A stretch of 64,000 bases of DNA, from NCBI RefSeq assembly GCF_030144855.1, contig NW_026781333.1:310001-374000 (forward strand), written 5' to 3'. The notes beneath the pieces are model-generated. The model searched no databases, was not told the DNA's origin, and saw only the letters and a program-made list of their open reading frames with translations. Source of the DNA: Hypanus sabinus. Taxonomy: Eukaryota. The position numbers and the translations under genes were made by a program. This document shows positions 1 to 12,689 of the stretch, piece after piece (within the stretch, counting starts at the first letter, position 1; every line of letters starts with the position of its first letter).

Positions 1-335
1 TATTTTTGAAGAGCCCAGATAATAGGAAAATAAATGAGTAATTGGCCCTCAGTTCAGCACTCACGGCTAACATTGGATCTCCCCACTCGGGATCGGTCTC
101 AATACGCACTGATGGGAAAACGATATCTTCGGCCCGCAGACTGTGATCTGATCCCTGGCTTCCTGACCCAGGAGGGGAGGACCCTTTCCCAATCCCGCAG
201 ACAATCCGCTTCAGTACTGAGCAGAAAGGAAAACACCACCCAACCGGAGACAGTGAGCATGCGCGAAGAGTTAGTTACATCTGTGGATAAATGGGAGGGG
301 CAAACAGGATCACGTGACTGGTGGGGTCCCCCCCC
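1..335 (-). promoter_or_regulatory. CpG promoter/first-exon module of the ZNF family (gene runs off the left edge)
   Basis: Homologous to 19230-19600. NRF1-like GCATGCGC at 257-264, E-box CACGTG at 311-316, and a minus-strand donor-like site at 101-110. Confidence 0.5.
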
Positions 336-461
336 CCCCCAGGCAGAGAGTCCAGCTACCCACCACTTCTGTGGAAAGAGACAAACTTGCCGCTCAGATT
401 TCCTCTCACCTTAAATGTATTAGACATTTCAACCCCAGGAAAAATATATCATCTGTCCACA

Positions 462-1830
462 CAGATTCATAATCAGGTTTATTATCACTGGCGTGTGGTG
501 TAAACTTTGTTAACTTTGCAGCAGCATTTCAATGCAAGACATAATATAGACAAAAAAGAAAACACAAAACAAAATAATAAGAATTACAGTATATGTATAT
601 CTGGGACCATTGCTCATCGTGATTGTTATAAATGACTTGGATGAGGAAGTGAAGCGATGTGTTAGTAAATTTGCTGATGACACAAATGTTGGGGGTGTTG
701 CGGATAGTGTGGAGGGCTGTCAGAGGTCACAGTAGGATACCGAAAGGATGCAAAACTGGGCTGAGAAGTTGCAAATGGATTTCAATCTGGATAAGTTTGA
801 AGTTGTTCAATTTATTAGGTCAAACATGATGGCAGAATATAGCATTAATGGTAAGCCTCTTCACAGTGTGGAGGATCAGCGGGATCTTGGGGTCTGAGTC
901 CAGAGGACACTCAAACCTACTATGCAGGTTGACTCCGTGGTTAAGACGACAAACGGTGCATTGACCTTTATTAATCGTGGGATTGAGTTTAGGAGCCGAG
1001 AGGTTTTGTTGCAGCTATATAGGACCCTGGTCACACTCCACTGTGCTCAATTCTGGTCACCTCACTACAGGAAGAATGTGGAAACCTTAGAAAGGGTGCA
1101 GAGGCACGTTACAAGGATGTTGCCTGGATTGGGGAGCATACCTTATGAGAATAGGTTGAGTGAACTCGGCCTTTTCTCCTTGGAGCGACAGAGGATGAGA
1201 GGTGACCTGATAGAAGTATATAAGTTTATGAGAGGAATTGATCATGTGGATAGTCAGAGGCCTTTTCCCAGCGCTGAATTGGTTACCACAAGAGGGCACA
1301 GGTTTAAGTTGCTGGGGAGTACGTACAGAGGAGATATCAGGGGTGAGTTTTTTTTTGCCAGAGATTGGTGGGGAGTGGTGTAATGGGCTGCCGGCAATGT
1401 TTATGGATGTGGGCATAATAGGGTCTTTTCGGAGATTTTTGGATAGGTACCTGGCGGCACTGGAGAAAAACTAACTTAGAAAAATAGAGGGCAATGGATA
1501 ACTATAGTAATTTCTAAGGTAGGGACATGTCAGCACGACTTTGTGCGTCAAAGGGCCTGTACTGTTCAGTAGGGTTTCTATTATTCTATGAATAAATTAA
1601 AAATCATGCAAAAAGCAGAAATATTATATATTTATATTGAGGTCGTGTTCAAGGGTTCAATGTCCATTTGGCTATCAGATGGCAGAGGGGAAGAAACTGT
1701 TCCTGTATCACTGAGTGTGTGCCTTCAGGCTTCTGTACCTCTCTCTCTCTCTGATGGTAACTTTGAGAAAAGGGCAGCCCTGGGTGCTGGAGTTCGTTAA
1801 TAATGGACGCTGCCTTTCTGAGACACTGCT
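462..1830 (-). mobile_element. Rex/Babar- or L2-type LINE 3' fragment, split by a nested CR1
   Basis: Tail-like AATCAGGTTTATTATCAC at ~472. Absent from the paralogous sites near 19715 and 37625. Sequence resumes at ~1591 after the CR1. Confidence 0.55.
601..1590 (+). mobile_element. CR1 LINE, 5'-truncated (RT C-terminus and 3' UTR)
   Basis: SKFADDT-like RT motif at ~665. ORF 922-1383 (QFWSPHYRK..LERVQR..RGDLIEVYK). TTCTAT-type tail at ~1576-1590. Confidence 0.9.
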
Positions 1831-2599
1831 TCTAATCCTTTGGTAATCTTATAAACGTCTATTCAGTCTCATCCCAGCCGGCACGTCTCCAGAGAAAACA
1901 ACTCAAGTTTGTCCAACCTCTCGTTATAGCTCATGCCCTCTATTCCAGGCAGTGTTCTGGTAAACCTCTTCTGCGCCCTCTCCAAAGCCCCGACATGCTT
2001 CAGAGAACGAGAGCGACCACAACTGTATGAAACACTCCAGATGTGGCCTAATTAATCTTATAAAGCTGCAACACAACTTCCAGACTTTTGAACACAATGA
2101 TAAAGAGAACCACACCATTTGCTTTCTTAATCTGTGCAGATCAATCTGTGCGGTCGCTTTCAGGGAGCGATGATCTCGGACTCCAAGATCCCTCTGATCA
2201 TCAACACTATTCAGTCTTGCATTTAACAGTGTACTGTCTCTTTACATTCCACCGACCGAGCTGCGAAGATGATCATCACTAATCAAATCTCACTGAGATT
2301 TCTCAGGTCCTGTTGAATTTATTGCCAAGTGCACAAGTGCGGGAATGTACAGGTACAGAGAAACACTGACTTGTAGCAGCATCACAGGCAAGTGCATTCA
2401 GATAACACACGGAACATAAGTTATACGATTCTCTGTCAGTAACAGTATAGAAATATGTTTACGTCATCCTGCTAATAGGACCAGAACAACAGGGGCTGAG
2501 CGGCAGCTCATCTCAGAGACCTTGTGAGACCTTCAAACCGAACCGACCCCGGCAGATTCTGTGAAGGAAGCGAAGAGAGGCCGCCAGTCCGGGAAAGTT

Positions 2600-2805
2600 C
2601 ATCCCCTCCCCCCCTTCAGGTTTCACCGATCACCTTCTGTTTCTCTCTCCCTTCCCCACCCCCACCTTTTATTCTCCAGTCCTGCCGAAGGGTTTCGGCC
2701 GGTTATGTCGACTGTACTCTTTTCTTAGATGCTGCCCGGCCTGCTGAGTTCCTCCAGAATTTTGTGCGCGTTGCTCGCAATTCCAGCAACTGCAGAATTT
2801 CTTTG
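2600..2805 (+). mobile_element. Penelope-like (PLE) terminal fragment with a decayed hammerhead motif
   Basis: GATGCTGCCCGGCCTGCTGAGTTCCTCCAG motif, shared with the PLE pieces at 32400 and 49156 that carry GIY-YIG remnants. Related fragments at ~3990-4200, 19805-19930, 40115-40225 and 56050-56260. Confidence 0.6.
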
Positions 2806-2867
2806 TTTGAGTTCAGGAAAGTTAACTCACTACCCAACGTCAGAACTCCCCGATCGGAACCGGCTTC

Positions 2868-3150
2868 AATACTCACCGAAGGAAAATTGTTGGTGTTGCC
2901 CCGCAGAGAATAATCCGTCTCCGGCTCCCCGTCCAAGGGGGCGAGAACCCACTCCCCATCCCGATCTCACCACCGACCCGGTTTCACAAAGAACGAGAAA
3001 ACAGCACTGCCAAGCCCGGGAATGTGAGCATGCGCAATGTGCTAATTGCGTCATCAGGCGGTGGGCGGGGCCTCGGAAACAAACCCGAAGTTGCTTCCGA
3101 TCTGCGGTAAAACGGGATCACGTGACCAGTGGAGGGTCTCTCACGTCACC
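2868..3150 (-). promoter_or_regulatory. Second CpG promoter/first-exon module
   Basis: Minus-strand donor GGTGAGT (ACTCACC 2871-2877), NRF1-like GCATGCGCA 3028-3036, CRE half-site 3049-3056, GC box 3063-3071, E-box 3119-3124. Confidence 0.55.
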
Positions 3151-4329
3151 CGTTGACTGTTCCTCGCCCTTCACACCCTGCCCTTCCCACCGCCACATTT
3201 TCCACATTATTTTATTATTTCCCTATATTATTTCCAAATTTAAACCAGATACGTATTTAGTTTTTCCCACCATATATTCCCCGGTCCCGTTCCCTCCAGC
3301 CCCAAGTCACAGAGCGCTCAGAGTTAGAGTTTCGATTCCCATCCCAGTCAGAAACTGAACTCAGACCCAAACCGGAAATGTGCAGGTTTCATTTAAATCA
3401 GTCTATGTCAGTAAACACTAATTTCTATTCACATTCCTCCGGCCTCACTGATCAGGAACACTGAATCATTAAGTGAGAAACAGCAGCAGGAGGCCATTCA
3501 GCCCTTCTAACCATCAACAAAATGGCGGCTGCTCTCCCTTCTTAGCCACAAACTTCTGCCCGATCCTCTTTTCCTCGATTCCCCTCGGTCTCCACACATC
3601 TGCTTTTCTCTGTTTTATGTGAGGACGATCACTGAGTCTTCACCACCCTCTGTGGTGGGGATTTACAAACATTCACCACCCTCAGAGTGGAGACATTTCC
3701 CCTCATCTCAGTCCCGTTCAGTCCATCCATGTTTCAGAGACTGGGATCCCTGGTTCAACCGGTAATGATGTTGCGCATTTCAATGTGTTCACCTTTCAGT
3801 CCTCGCTTCTCTAAATGAAAGAGTTATCGCATTTGATCTTTCTTCATATGATGACCCCACCACTCCAGGGATTAGTCTGGTGCATCTTCATTGCACGCTT
3901 TATAACAAATACTCTCTAACCTCTTTGTTAATCCTCTGTGGAATTAATTTCCATCTTCTGCAGCACCGTGTTGGTCCAACCACTTACTTCCCACCCTTGT
4001 CACTATTTCCACCTTCCACCTCCCCCCTCACCTGGATCCACCTCTCACTCCCCAGCTCTTGCCCCATCCCCACCCCTCTCCTCTTTTCTCTGACTATTTC
4101 CCGTCTACTCTCAGTCCAGAGGGAGGGTCTCGGCCCGAAATGTTGACGGTCCATTTCCCTCCACAGATGCTGCCCGACCCACTGAGTTCCTCAGGCAGCG
4201 TCTTTGTATCCTGGTAAACTAACAGCCTGACAATGTGGACCATGGATACCCCTTCCTCTAAAAGTCATCGAATCACTCAGACGGCTAATCGCTGACAGGA
4301 ATTATATTTGTTGGTCATTACATTCCAGC

Positions 4330-4640
4330 TGGATGGAGTTGATGGAGAGTTCGGCGTGTCCCCGTGAAACAGCCGAACGGCCGAGCTCTCTGCACTGTCC
4401 CTCCGGCTCCGGCCAGTGGTGGCGCTGTGGGGACCCCCGGCCAGTGTCTTGAGCAGAGGGAGACGCGCAGGCGCGCTGCCGACACTAAGCCTCGCAACTC
4501 CGAGCGGCGGTGAGCCGGGGCCGATGTCGGGTTTGTGTAAATCGGGGGCCGGTAGCAGTGAGAAAGGGCCTGGCCCAAGCTCTGTCGGGTGGCTGTGGGC
4601 TCCAGGCACTCCTCAGCCCCGGTTTTAACTTTGCGACCGA
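4330..4640 (+). promoter_or_regulatory. CpG island, putative plus-strand promoter/exon 1
   Basis: CpG-rich. NRF1-like GCGCAGGCGCGC at ~4465 and donor-like CG|GTGAGC at ~4510. Confidence 0.4.
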
Positions 4641-5334
4641 GCCCGGGCTGTGGGATCAATTCCTTGTGGTTCTCCAAGGGGTGAAGGGGATCTGTCCGTG
4701 TGTGTGGGTAGAGGTTATCAGTGGAGCGTGGGAGTGGGGTTGTAAGCGTGTTGGGTTCTGTTGCGAGAAAGTGGGATGATTGGACATTCCGTGATAGAGG
4801 GAGGAGGGTACCAAGACAAACTAAGTTGTAAACAAGAGATGATCTGGTGTACTGGATCAGACAGCTTAGCTCGCGTGTCCTTTCAGGAAACAATTCTCTC
4901 TTCATATTAATGACTGTCTAACTTGCTGTTCACAGGATTATGAGTTACAAGATTGTGTGTTACAGAGCCCCAGAGTCCAGGACAGCTGTCTCCGTCATGG
5001 GCTGCGAGTGCAGATTGGGAAGGGGGAGGGTGTGTCAGTGACCCTTGAATCAGGGGACACGGGTTTCTACATCCTCCTGTGAGGTATAAATGTCCTTACA
5101 GTGAATTCGGATATGCTGGCATATCGGGAGTCTGAAAGGGAAAGGGAATCGGGAAGGGGCTCAGGACAGAGTTTTAACAGAAGAACATGTTCAGGGGTAA
5201 AGGGGTACAGGAGCTGTCTAATAGATCATTTTATTTATTTATTTTTTGTTTGTGTGAACTCACAGAAGGTGACTGAGGAAGAAGCTTGTTGACGGAGGAT
5301 ACCCAGAGGCGAGCAGGTCAGGCACAGAATCAGG

Positions 5335-5560
5335 AATTGAATTGAATTGACTTTATTTCATACATTCATGAGGAGTATGTCTCCATCTAAATGTGCAAAG
5401 TGCAATCATTGTAATTTATAAGAGTTTATAATAATTAAAACAGACAATGTAATATAGAGTACATTCAAGTCAGCGTCAGTTCATCAGTCTGATGGCCTGG
5501 TGAAAGAAGCTGTCCCAGAGCCTGTTGGTCCTGGCTTTTATGCTTTTATGGTGGTAGCAG
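5335..5560 (-). mobile_element. Rex/Babar-type LINE 3' end
   Basis: ORF end KSIKARTNRLWDSFFHQAIRLMN and a (CAATT)n tail. Similar pieces at 26800-27150 (-), 21330-21540 and 39130-39340 (-), 36290-36770 and 54040-54530 (+). Confidence 0.7.
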
Positions 5561-6394
5561 CTGGAATAGAGTGACAGAGATGTTATTTCCTTTGTCACGG
5601 GTATAGACAGTCGTCTCAAGTGAGGAGTTTGTGTGGAGATGCAGCTTCCCTGGAGGTGGAGGAAAGAGGACACACCAACAGGTGGAACCAGCTGTGGGAA
5701 TACCATTCTGAGGGTATTTGAAATGTCAGAAGCAGGGGAGATGTGATCACATGTGCAGAGGGCAGGGTTTGTGTCTACAGAACCTCAGTGAGATGGTTCA
5801 AGTGCAGGGTTGAAAGCACAGTGTTTGGTGCGGGATTTAATCACTGATTCTGACACAGTGAGAGGGTTAGTTTTGCTGAAAGGCAGCAACATTAATGGAA
5901 GACACAGGAACTTCATCAATTGCCAGTTATTTAGCAGAAGTGATCAATCTCTATATTACCTTGACTGAAACTGACACTCACAGTGGTGACAAAGGGGTTC
6001 AGTCTGGATTATTTCAGGTTGGAGAGGGGTGTGGAGTTTTGAAATCAATGCCTTGCGGTGCCACCATCGGTAATTAAGCATGTCCGGAGTGGTGGATCAC
6101 ACAGATCAGAAACAGGCCTTTGGCCGGCCATACCTGTTCTGACCATCCACTCACTGTCTACACTGGTCCCATTCATCAGCACTTGGTTCACAGCCGACTG
6201 TATCTCGGCAGTTTCAATGCTCATCCTCTTCGTAAATGTTGTGAAGGGACCTGCCTCCACCACCACCTCGGGCAGTGAGTTCCAGATTTCAGCTACCCTC
6301 TGAGTGAGAAATCTCCTCCTCAGATCCCTCTGAACCACTTCATCCTCTGCTTAAATCCATGCCCTCTGATCGGTGACATCTCTGTCCCAGGATC

Positions 6395-6620
6395 GTGGCC
6401 GATATGGGCATCAGTGAGTTCTTTCATACGGTTCAGCATGGTAAGTTGCTGTCGAAAGTTAGATCACATGGGGTCCAGGGAGAGCTGGTTAACTGGATGC
6501 ACAGTTGTCTTGATGGTAGGAAGCAGAGAGTGATGGTGGGAGGCTGTTTATTGGACTTGAGGCCCGAGCCCAATGAGGTTCCTCAGGGTTACACCCCATT
6601 GCTCTCATTATTCATTGATA
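6395..6620 (+). mobile_element. CR1 RT fragment
   Basis: Translates as HGKLLSKVRSHGVQGELVNW..GRKQRV..EVPQG. Confidence 0.75.
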
Positions 6621-7344
6621 TTTAATTATATTTGGATTTGCATAGTTGGTTGAATTCTGTGCTCTACTTGATCTTTCATCGATCATGTTACTATTCTAAA
6701 GATTTGCTAAGTATTCTTGTAGGAAAAGATATCTCATGGTTTTATGTGGTATCTGACTATATAAAAGTTATGTACTCTGATAATAAAATTTACTTTGAAC
6801 ATCAACCATTGCTACTTGTCATCTGGATCAGTAATCTGGTTAAGAATATACAGGATATGGAGAGTAGGTTTGCAGCAAGTTAAAACGATTAATTTTTCTC
6901 AAAAAATATTAAGTTTTAACACTCCGCTCTGTTTCCCTCTCCACATTCAACCACCCCTCCCTTTACTGTCTTCCCTCTCTGCCCCGTCCACTCTCTCATC
7001 CTGACATTTCACATAAGTCCCATGTGAAAGTGAATTATTTTCAGGGAATCTGAAGGGGAATTCTTCACTTTGGTGAAGAGGTTGGTGAGAGTGTGGAATG
7101 AGCTGCCAGTGGAAGTGGAGGATGTGGGTTTGATTTAGACACTAAAGAGGGATTTGGGTGAGGACGTGGGTGGGAGGTGTATGGAGGCTCTGATGCAGGT
7201 AGCTGGAAATGGGCAGTAACAACAAAAACAGGTCAGCATTGACTAGAAGGGCTGATAGGCCTGTTTCATTGCTGCTTGGCTCTGTGATTCTAATAATATT
7301 GTGGTTTGTAATTTCCACAGTTAGTACATTGCTACTAATGTCCG

Positions 7345-7640
7345 AACCCAGAAATTTGCCCAAACAAGAATTGAAAGACTCTTGGCTGGCTACAAAAAGT
7401 GTCTGCAAGCTGTGATACTTGCCAAAGGGGGTGCTACTGAAAATGTAGGGCGCCCAAACATTTGCTTCTGGCCCTTTTCCTTTTTTTGTTATTTTGAAAC
7501 TGTAATAGATTGAAATAAAAATGTAATCTTGCTTAAATATTAAAGAAATGTGTCATCTCTAACTTTATGCCTTTTGGAAATCAGGTTGTCTTTTACTCGC
7601 TGATCTATTCACATTAGCAGAACTTTTGACAGGGGGTCAA
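7345..7640 (+). mobile_element. Tc1 transposon 3' fragment (transposase end and part of the IR)
   Basis: Reverse-complement match to 42930-43200. Confidence 0.75.
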
Positions 7641-7649
7641 AAGCAAGGA

Positions 7650-8420
7650 AAATCATTGGGAAAATCAGATCGCTACTGGAAGAGTGGATTGGGAAAATCA
7701 GTTCTGCACTGGATCTCAAGAGAGAGAATTTCTAGAATGTCTATGAGATGGCTTTTTAGAACAGCTTGTTGTTGAGCCCACTAGGGGATCGGCTGTACTG
7801 GATTGGGTATTGTGTGATGAAACAGAGGTAATTAGAGAGATGGAAGTGAAGGAACCCTTAGTGATGACAACATGATTGAGTACACTGTGAAATTTGAGAA
7901 AGAGAAGCCAAAATCAGATGTGTCAGTATTTCAGTGGAGTAAAGGAAATTACAGTAGCATGAGAGAGGAACTGGCCAAGGTTGACTGGAAAGGGACACTA
8001 GCAGGGAGGACGGCAGAGCAGCAGTGGCTGGAGTTTATGCGAGAAGTGAGGAAAGTGCAAGACAGATATATTCCAAAGAAAACTAAGTTTTCGAATGGAT
8101 AAAGTATGTAACCGTGGCTGACAAGAGAAGTCAAAGCCAAAGTAAAAGCAAAGCAGAGGGCATACAAGGAAGCAAAACTTAGTGTGAAGACAGAGGATTG
8201 GGAAGTTTTTTTTAAAAACTTACGAAAGAAAAGTATGGTCATTAATAGAGAAAAGAAGAACTATGAAAGAAAGATAGCAAATAATATCAAAAAGGATACT
8301 AAAATCTTTTTCAAGTATATAAGGAGTAAAAAAACAGGTGAGGTAGATATAGGACCGAACGAAAATGATGTTGGAGAAATTGTAAATGGAGATAAGGATA
8401 TGGCTGAGGAACTGAACTGA
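7650..8420 (+). mobile_element. CR1 ORF2 fragment (endonuclease C-terminus/linker)
   Basis: Translates as LDWVLC..EPL..MIEY, GNYSSMREELAKVDW, IKKDTKIFFKYIRSK. Confidence 0.8.
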
Positions 8421-8429
8421 CTCCATGTG

Positions 8430-9065
8430 TGTATATGCAATTATGATAAGAAATACAGACCATAAAACTTAAATGACAAGCTGGCTCAGAAAAATAAATC
8501 ATCACTCTGGATGAAAACATTAACCAGTGAAATGTGTATGACCCTCCATGGGAGACATCCCAATGATCTGAGCAGACGAGATGGTGACAAGGAAGCATCG
8601 AGCACCTGACTGAGAGTTGGAGACTTCTTCCCAGAAACAGAGGAGTTCCTTGCGGAAATACAGGACGAGGTGGGTAACAAAAGTAAAACAAATCGAAACT
8701 TCATGAAATACAAACAAACAAAGCAGTAAGTGCAGAAAAGTCCAAGAGAAACCAGACACAGTCCAACACATTCTAGGATCCTGCAGCAGCTTAACTCAAT
8801 CTGATTACTTACGCAGGTACAATCAAGTGGCAAATATCTTTCACCAAAATCTTGCTTTAAAATACAAACTCATGAATGCCCTCCATCACCTCATGAAAAC
8901 ACCATAAATTCAAGCCTGATCCAGTTTTAGAGCCAAAATCTTGCAAATTATATGATCATCAATACATTATTTCAGATAGGTCAATCCATCTGGTTATAAT
9001 ATTACAGGATAAACAAGCAGGAATAACTCCCCCAATAGATAAAACCATTCCTAACACACATGTTC
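8430..9065 (+). mobile_element. R4/Dong-clade (RLE) non-LTR retrotransposon fragment
   Basis: Degenerate translation LHGRHP..GDFFPETEEFLAEIQD..KCRK..DTVQHILGSCSSLTQSDYLRRYNQVA, then an RLE-like ILQDK segment near 9000. Confidence 0.7.
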
Positions 9066-9945
9066 CTCAACCAGTGGAACACCTCACCACAGGTAGTGTT
9101 TGTGTCGTCAGTCAGATAACCTAATTACTTTCTCTGTCAATCTGCTTCCAAATGTCATTCGTTGACATGCCCTGTTGCTGAATCCCCTCTCCTCATCATA
9201 CGTTCTTACCCCGAACATCGTCCAGGGCCCCAAATTCTGCTCTGTGCAGACCTCCCTCTGGTTTCTGACCCAGCTTCATTGAAAATGCAATTGATGACTT
9301 CCCACTCTGCTTTCAGTCTTTAGAGGACAGTGGTGTTCGCTAACAACATTTTAGAAGTGGGGAAAGTGACCCATAATGTGGACATGAGTCGTGATTAAGG
9401 AGGTTAACTCCCAATGTCATTCTTCCTCAGCCCAGAGATTAGAGGGGCAAAGAACATCTCAGACAGATGCGCAGTCAGCTCGACTTCTTCAGTCTGCAAG
9501 AAATTCAAGGGAAACATATTCACCCACAGAGTGATGACTATTTGGACCTCATCCCAGGGAGAGTGAGAGGTGAACAACAGGGGAGGATTTGAAAGATCTG
9601 TTGTGGAACAGAATCACTGGCAGGGTTCAGCCGGCCTGAGTTGACTCTCTACTGTACACTAGGTGTGTTATAAATTCACTAAGTAACAGAGACAGTGCTT
9701 AAGATAGAACTGATTCATTTGTCACAGATCTAGTCCCATTAAAAGTGAATATGCAGCAGAAGAAACTCCTCCCATGCCCAGTGACCAGGGTGCAGAACTG
9801 GGTGTGGTGAGCAGCAGCAATAATTGCAGAGTTCAACACTTACAATCACTCTCAAAATAGCATTCAGCAATGGTGATGGACAAATATCCAGCATGAAGCT
9901 TATTGAAACTTTCTCCCCTGTGTGAATCCGGTAGTGTGTTGTAAG

Positions 9946-10361
9946 TGTAACACACTGTAAGGTTTCACTGCTAATGTAATGACCTCTCTGTAATGTTTCA
10001 CTGCTGAGGTAGTGGTTTCTCTGCAGCAGCAATGTTTAGGATACAACTAGAGATAACAGGGTTTTGGAGTGCTGGGCTATCCAATGACAGAAATGTTCTT
10101 TCTTGTGAGTCTGAATGAGAGAATTTCATGGGCTTTTGCTGTGGAGAGATGAGAAGCTACAAATGGGGAGAGTGGGCCCTTTTTTTTTACTTTACTAACC
10201 CTTTAGTCAAAGTAAGAATTATGAATCACATCTTATGTACTGTTCGTTATTTTGGGGTATTGATTTGTAACAGGGGACGCGGCACAGCATCCACACACAT
10301 TTGGCTGAGCTAGGGGGCTATCACCCCCTATATTAAGCTGCTAGCCGGAGTGAGAGTTACA
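9946..10361. mobile_element. Solo LTR inserted in the last finger of ZNF-1
   Basis: TGTAAC...GTTACA termini. 4-bp TSD TAAG at 9942-9945 and 10362-10365. Removing it rejoins FTQSSNL|TTHYRIHTGEK on the minus strand. Confidence 0.9.
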
Positions 10362-10395
10362 TAAGGTTAGACGACTGAGTGAATACATTCCCACA

Positions 10396-11958
10396 TTAAC
10401 AGGAGGTTAACGGTCTCTCTCCAGTGTGAACTGACTGGTGTGTCAGTAGGCGAGATGACCGAGTGAATCCCTTCCCACAGTCTGAGAAGGTGAATGGCCT
10501 CTCACCTGTGTGAATTCGCTCATGTACCTTCAATTGAGATGATTGAGTGAATCCCTTCCCACAGAATATGCAGGTGAACGGCCTCTCCCCAGTGTGAACT
10601 GACTGGTGTGCTTGTAGGCCAGCTAACTGTGTGAATCCCTTCCCACAGTCTGAGCAGGTGAATGGCCTCTCCCCAGTGTGTACTCGCTGATGTACCTTCA
10701 ATTGAGATGACCGAGTGAATCCCTTCCCACAGTCTGAGCAGTTGAATGGCCTCTCCCCAGTGTGAACTAAATGGTGTGCTTGTAGAGTAGCTAACTGAGT
10801 GAATCCCTTCCCACAGTCTGAGCAAGTGAACGGCCTCTCCCCAGTGTGAACTCGCTGATGGACTTTCAGTTGAGATGACGAAGTGAATCCCTTCCCACAG
10901 TCCAAGCAGGTGAATGGCCTCTCCCCAGTGTGAACTCGCTGATGTACCTTCAGTTGAGATGACCGAGTGAATCCCTTCCCACAGTCTGAGCAGGTGAATG
11001 CCCACTCTCCAGTGTGAACTGACTGGTGTGTCAGTAGGCAAGATGATAGAGTGAATCCCTTCCCACAGACTGAGCAGGTGAATGGCCTCTCGCCAGTGTG
11101 AACTGAATGGTGTGCTTGCAGGCTAGATAACTGTGTGAATCCCTTACCACAGTCTGAGCAGTTGAACGGCCTCTCGCCAGTGTGAACTGACTGGTGTGCT
11201 TGCAGGCCAGATAACTGTGTGAATCCCTTCCCACAGTCTGAGCAGGTGAACGGCCTCTCCCCAGTGTGAACTCGCTGATGTACCTTCAGTTGAGATGACA
11301 AAGTGAAACCCTTCCCACAGTTTGAGCAGGTGAATGGCCTCTCTCCAGAGTGAACTGACTGATGTACCTTCAGTTGAGATGACCGAATGAACCCCTTCCC
11401 ACATTCTAAGCAGTTGAACGGCCACTCTCCAGTGTGAACTGACTGGTGTGCTTGTAGGTTAGCTAACTGTGTGAATCCCTTCCCACAGTCTGAGCAGGTG
11501 AATGGCCTCTCCCCAGTGTGAACTAGCTGATGTACTTTCAGTTTAGATGATGAATTGAATCCCTTCCCACAGTCTAAGCAAGAGAACGGCCTCTCCCCAG
11601 TGTGAACTGACTGGTGTGCTTGTAGGTTAGCTAACTGTGTGAATCCCTTTCCACAGTCTGAGCAGTTGAAAGGCCTCTCCCCAGTGTGAACTCGCTGATG
11701 TACCTTCAGTTGAGATGACGAAGTGAATCCCTTCCCACAGTCTGAGCAGGTGAACGGCCTCTCCCCAGTGTGAACAGACTGGTGTGCTTGTAGGCCAGCT
11801 AATTGTGTGAATCCCTTCCCACAGTCTGAGCAGGTGAATGGCCTCTCTCCAGTGTGAATTCGCTGATGTATCTTCAGTTGGGATGAGTAGGTGAATCCCT
11901 TCCCACATTCCGAGCAGGTGAACGGCCTCTCCTCAGTGTGAACTCGCTGGTGATCCAT
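10396..11958 (-). CDS. Tandem C2H2 zinc-finger protein (ZNF-1): 17 intact fingers and 1 degenerate finger, no effector domain seen
   Basis: 520-aa ORF of 28-aa CxxC-x12-HxxxH units with TGERP linkers. Acceptor TTTTTACAG at 12361. Probable promoter at ~19470. Confidence 0.9.
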   Translation of the reverse strand: MDHQRVHTEERPFTCSECGKGFTYSSQLKIHQRIHTGERPFTCSDCGKGFTQLAGLQAHQSVHTGERPFTCSDCGKGFTSSSQLKVHQRVHTGERPFNCSDCGKGFTQLANLQAHQSVHTGERPFSCLDCGKGFNSSSKLKVHQLVHTGERPFTCSDCGKGFTQLANLQAHQSVHTGEWPFNCLECGKGFIRSSQLKVHQSVHSGERPFTCSNCGKGFTLSSQLKVHQRVHTGERPFTCSDCGKGFTQLSGLQAHQSVHTGERPFNCSDCGKGFTQLSSLQAHHSVHTGERPFTCSVCGKGFTLSSCLLTHQSVHTGEWAFTCSDCGKGFTRSSQLKVHQRVHTGERPFTCLDCGKGFTSSSQLKVHQRVHTGERPFTCSDCGKGFTQLATLQAHHLVHTGERPFNCSDCGKGFTRSSQLKVHQRVHTGERPFTCSDCGKGFTQLAGLQAHQSVHTGERPFTCIFCGKGFTQSSQLKVHERIHTGERPFTFSDCGKGFTRSSRLLTHQSVHTGERPLTSC

Positions 11959-12360
<402 letters not shown>

Positions 12361-12689
12361 CTGTAAAAAGATTTATAAAATCCATCAATGTGTGTGGGGC
12401 AACTTTTCATATGAGATCACTTGAGTTGTCAAGGTGTGATCTGGCAACACACTCTTACAGTGAAGTTCAACCCAAGTTGGAGAGAGAGATCATCTTCTAA
12501 CTGGGCACAGTGCTGGTATCTGGAATGACCATCAAACTCTCTGATGCTCTTCCTGTCTCTATAAGAATGGGGCATCTCTCCCATCTCCAATCTGTGACCT
12601 GGCTCAGTTTGACTCTCGCCATTGGTATTGTTCCCTCTTCCCACTGAGCAGCACGGGCTCCTGGCCCCACAGTAACTGAAATACTCTCA

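Larger units (their letters stand above)
3115..6300 (+). repeat. Segmental-duplication module paralogous to 55225-58007 (central ~1.4 kb non-homologous)
   Basis: 3115-4200 aligns to 55225-56260, and 5614-6300 aligns to 57267-58007. Confidence 0.85.

Noticed and set aside
3518-3532. Perfect YY1 motif CAAAATGGCGGC (variant at ~55591)
   Set aside because: Lies in what looks like a decayed retroposon tail, with no other support.
4410-4428. CTCF site (GCCAGTGGTGGCGCTG)
   Set aside because: Only the 3' half fits the consensus; cannot be supported without PWM scoring.
4277-4905. GC-rich ORFs of 70-195 aa
   Set aside because: Stop-poor CpG-island sequence with no recognisable domain.
10520-11908. 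Alternative-frame ORFs over ZNF-1
   Set aside because: Short, stop-interrupted shadows of the finger repeat.
10396-11958. 84-bp tandem repeats as a CRISPR array or satellite; PRDM9 or KRAB-ZNF identity
   Set aside because: The repeats are finger codons without spacers, and no SET, KRAB or SSXRD exon is recognisable in the window.
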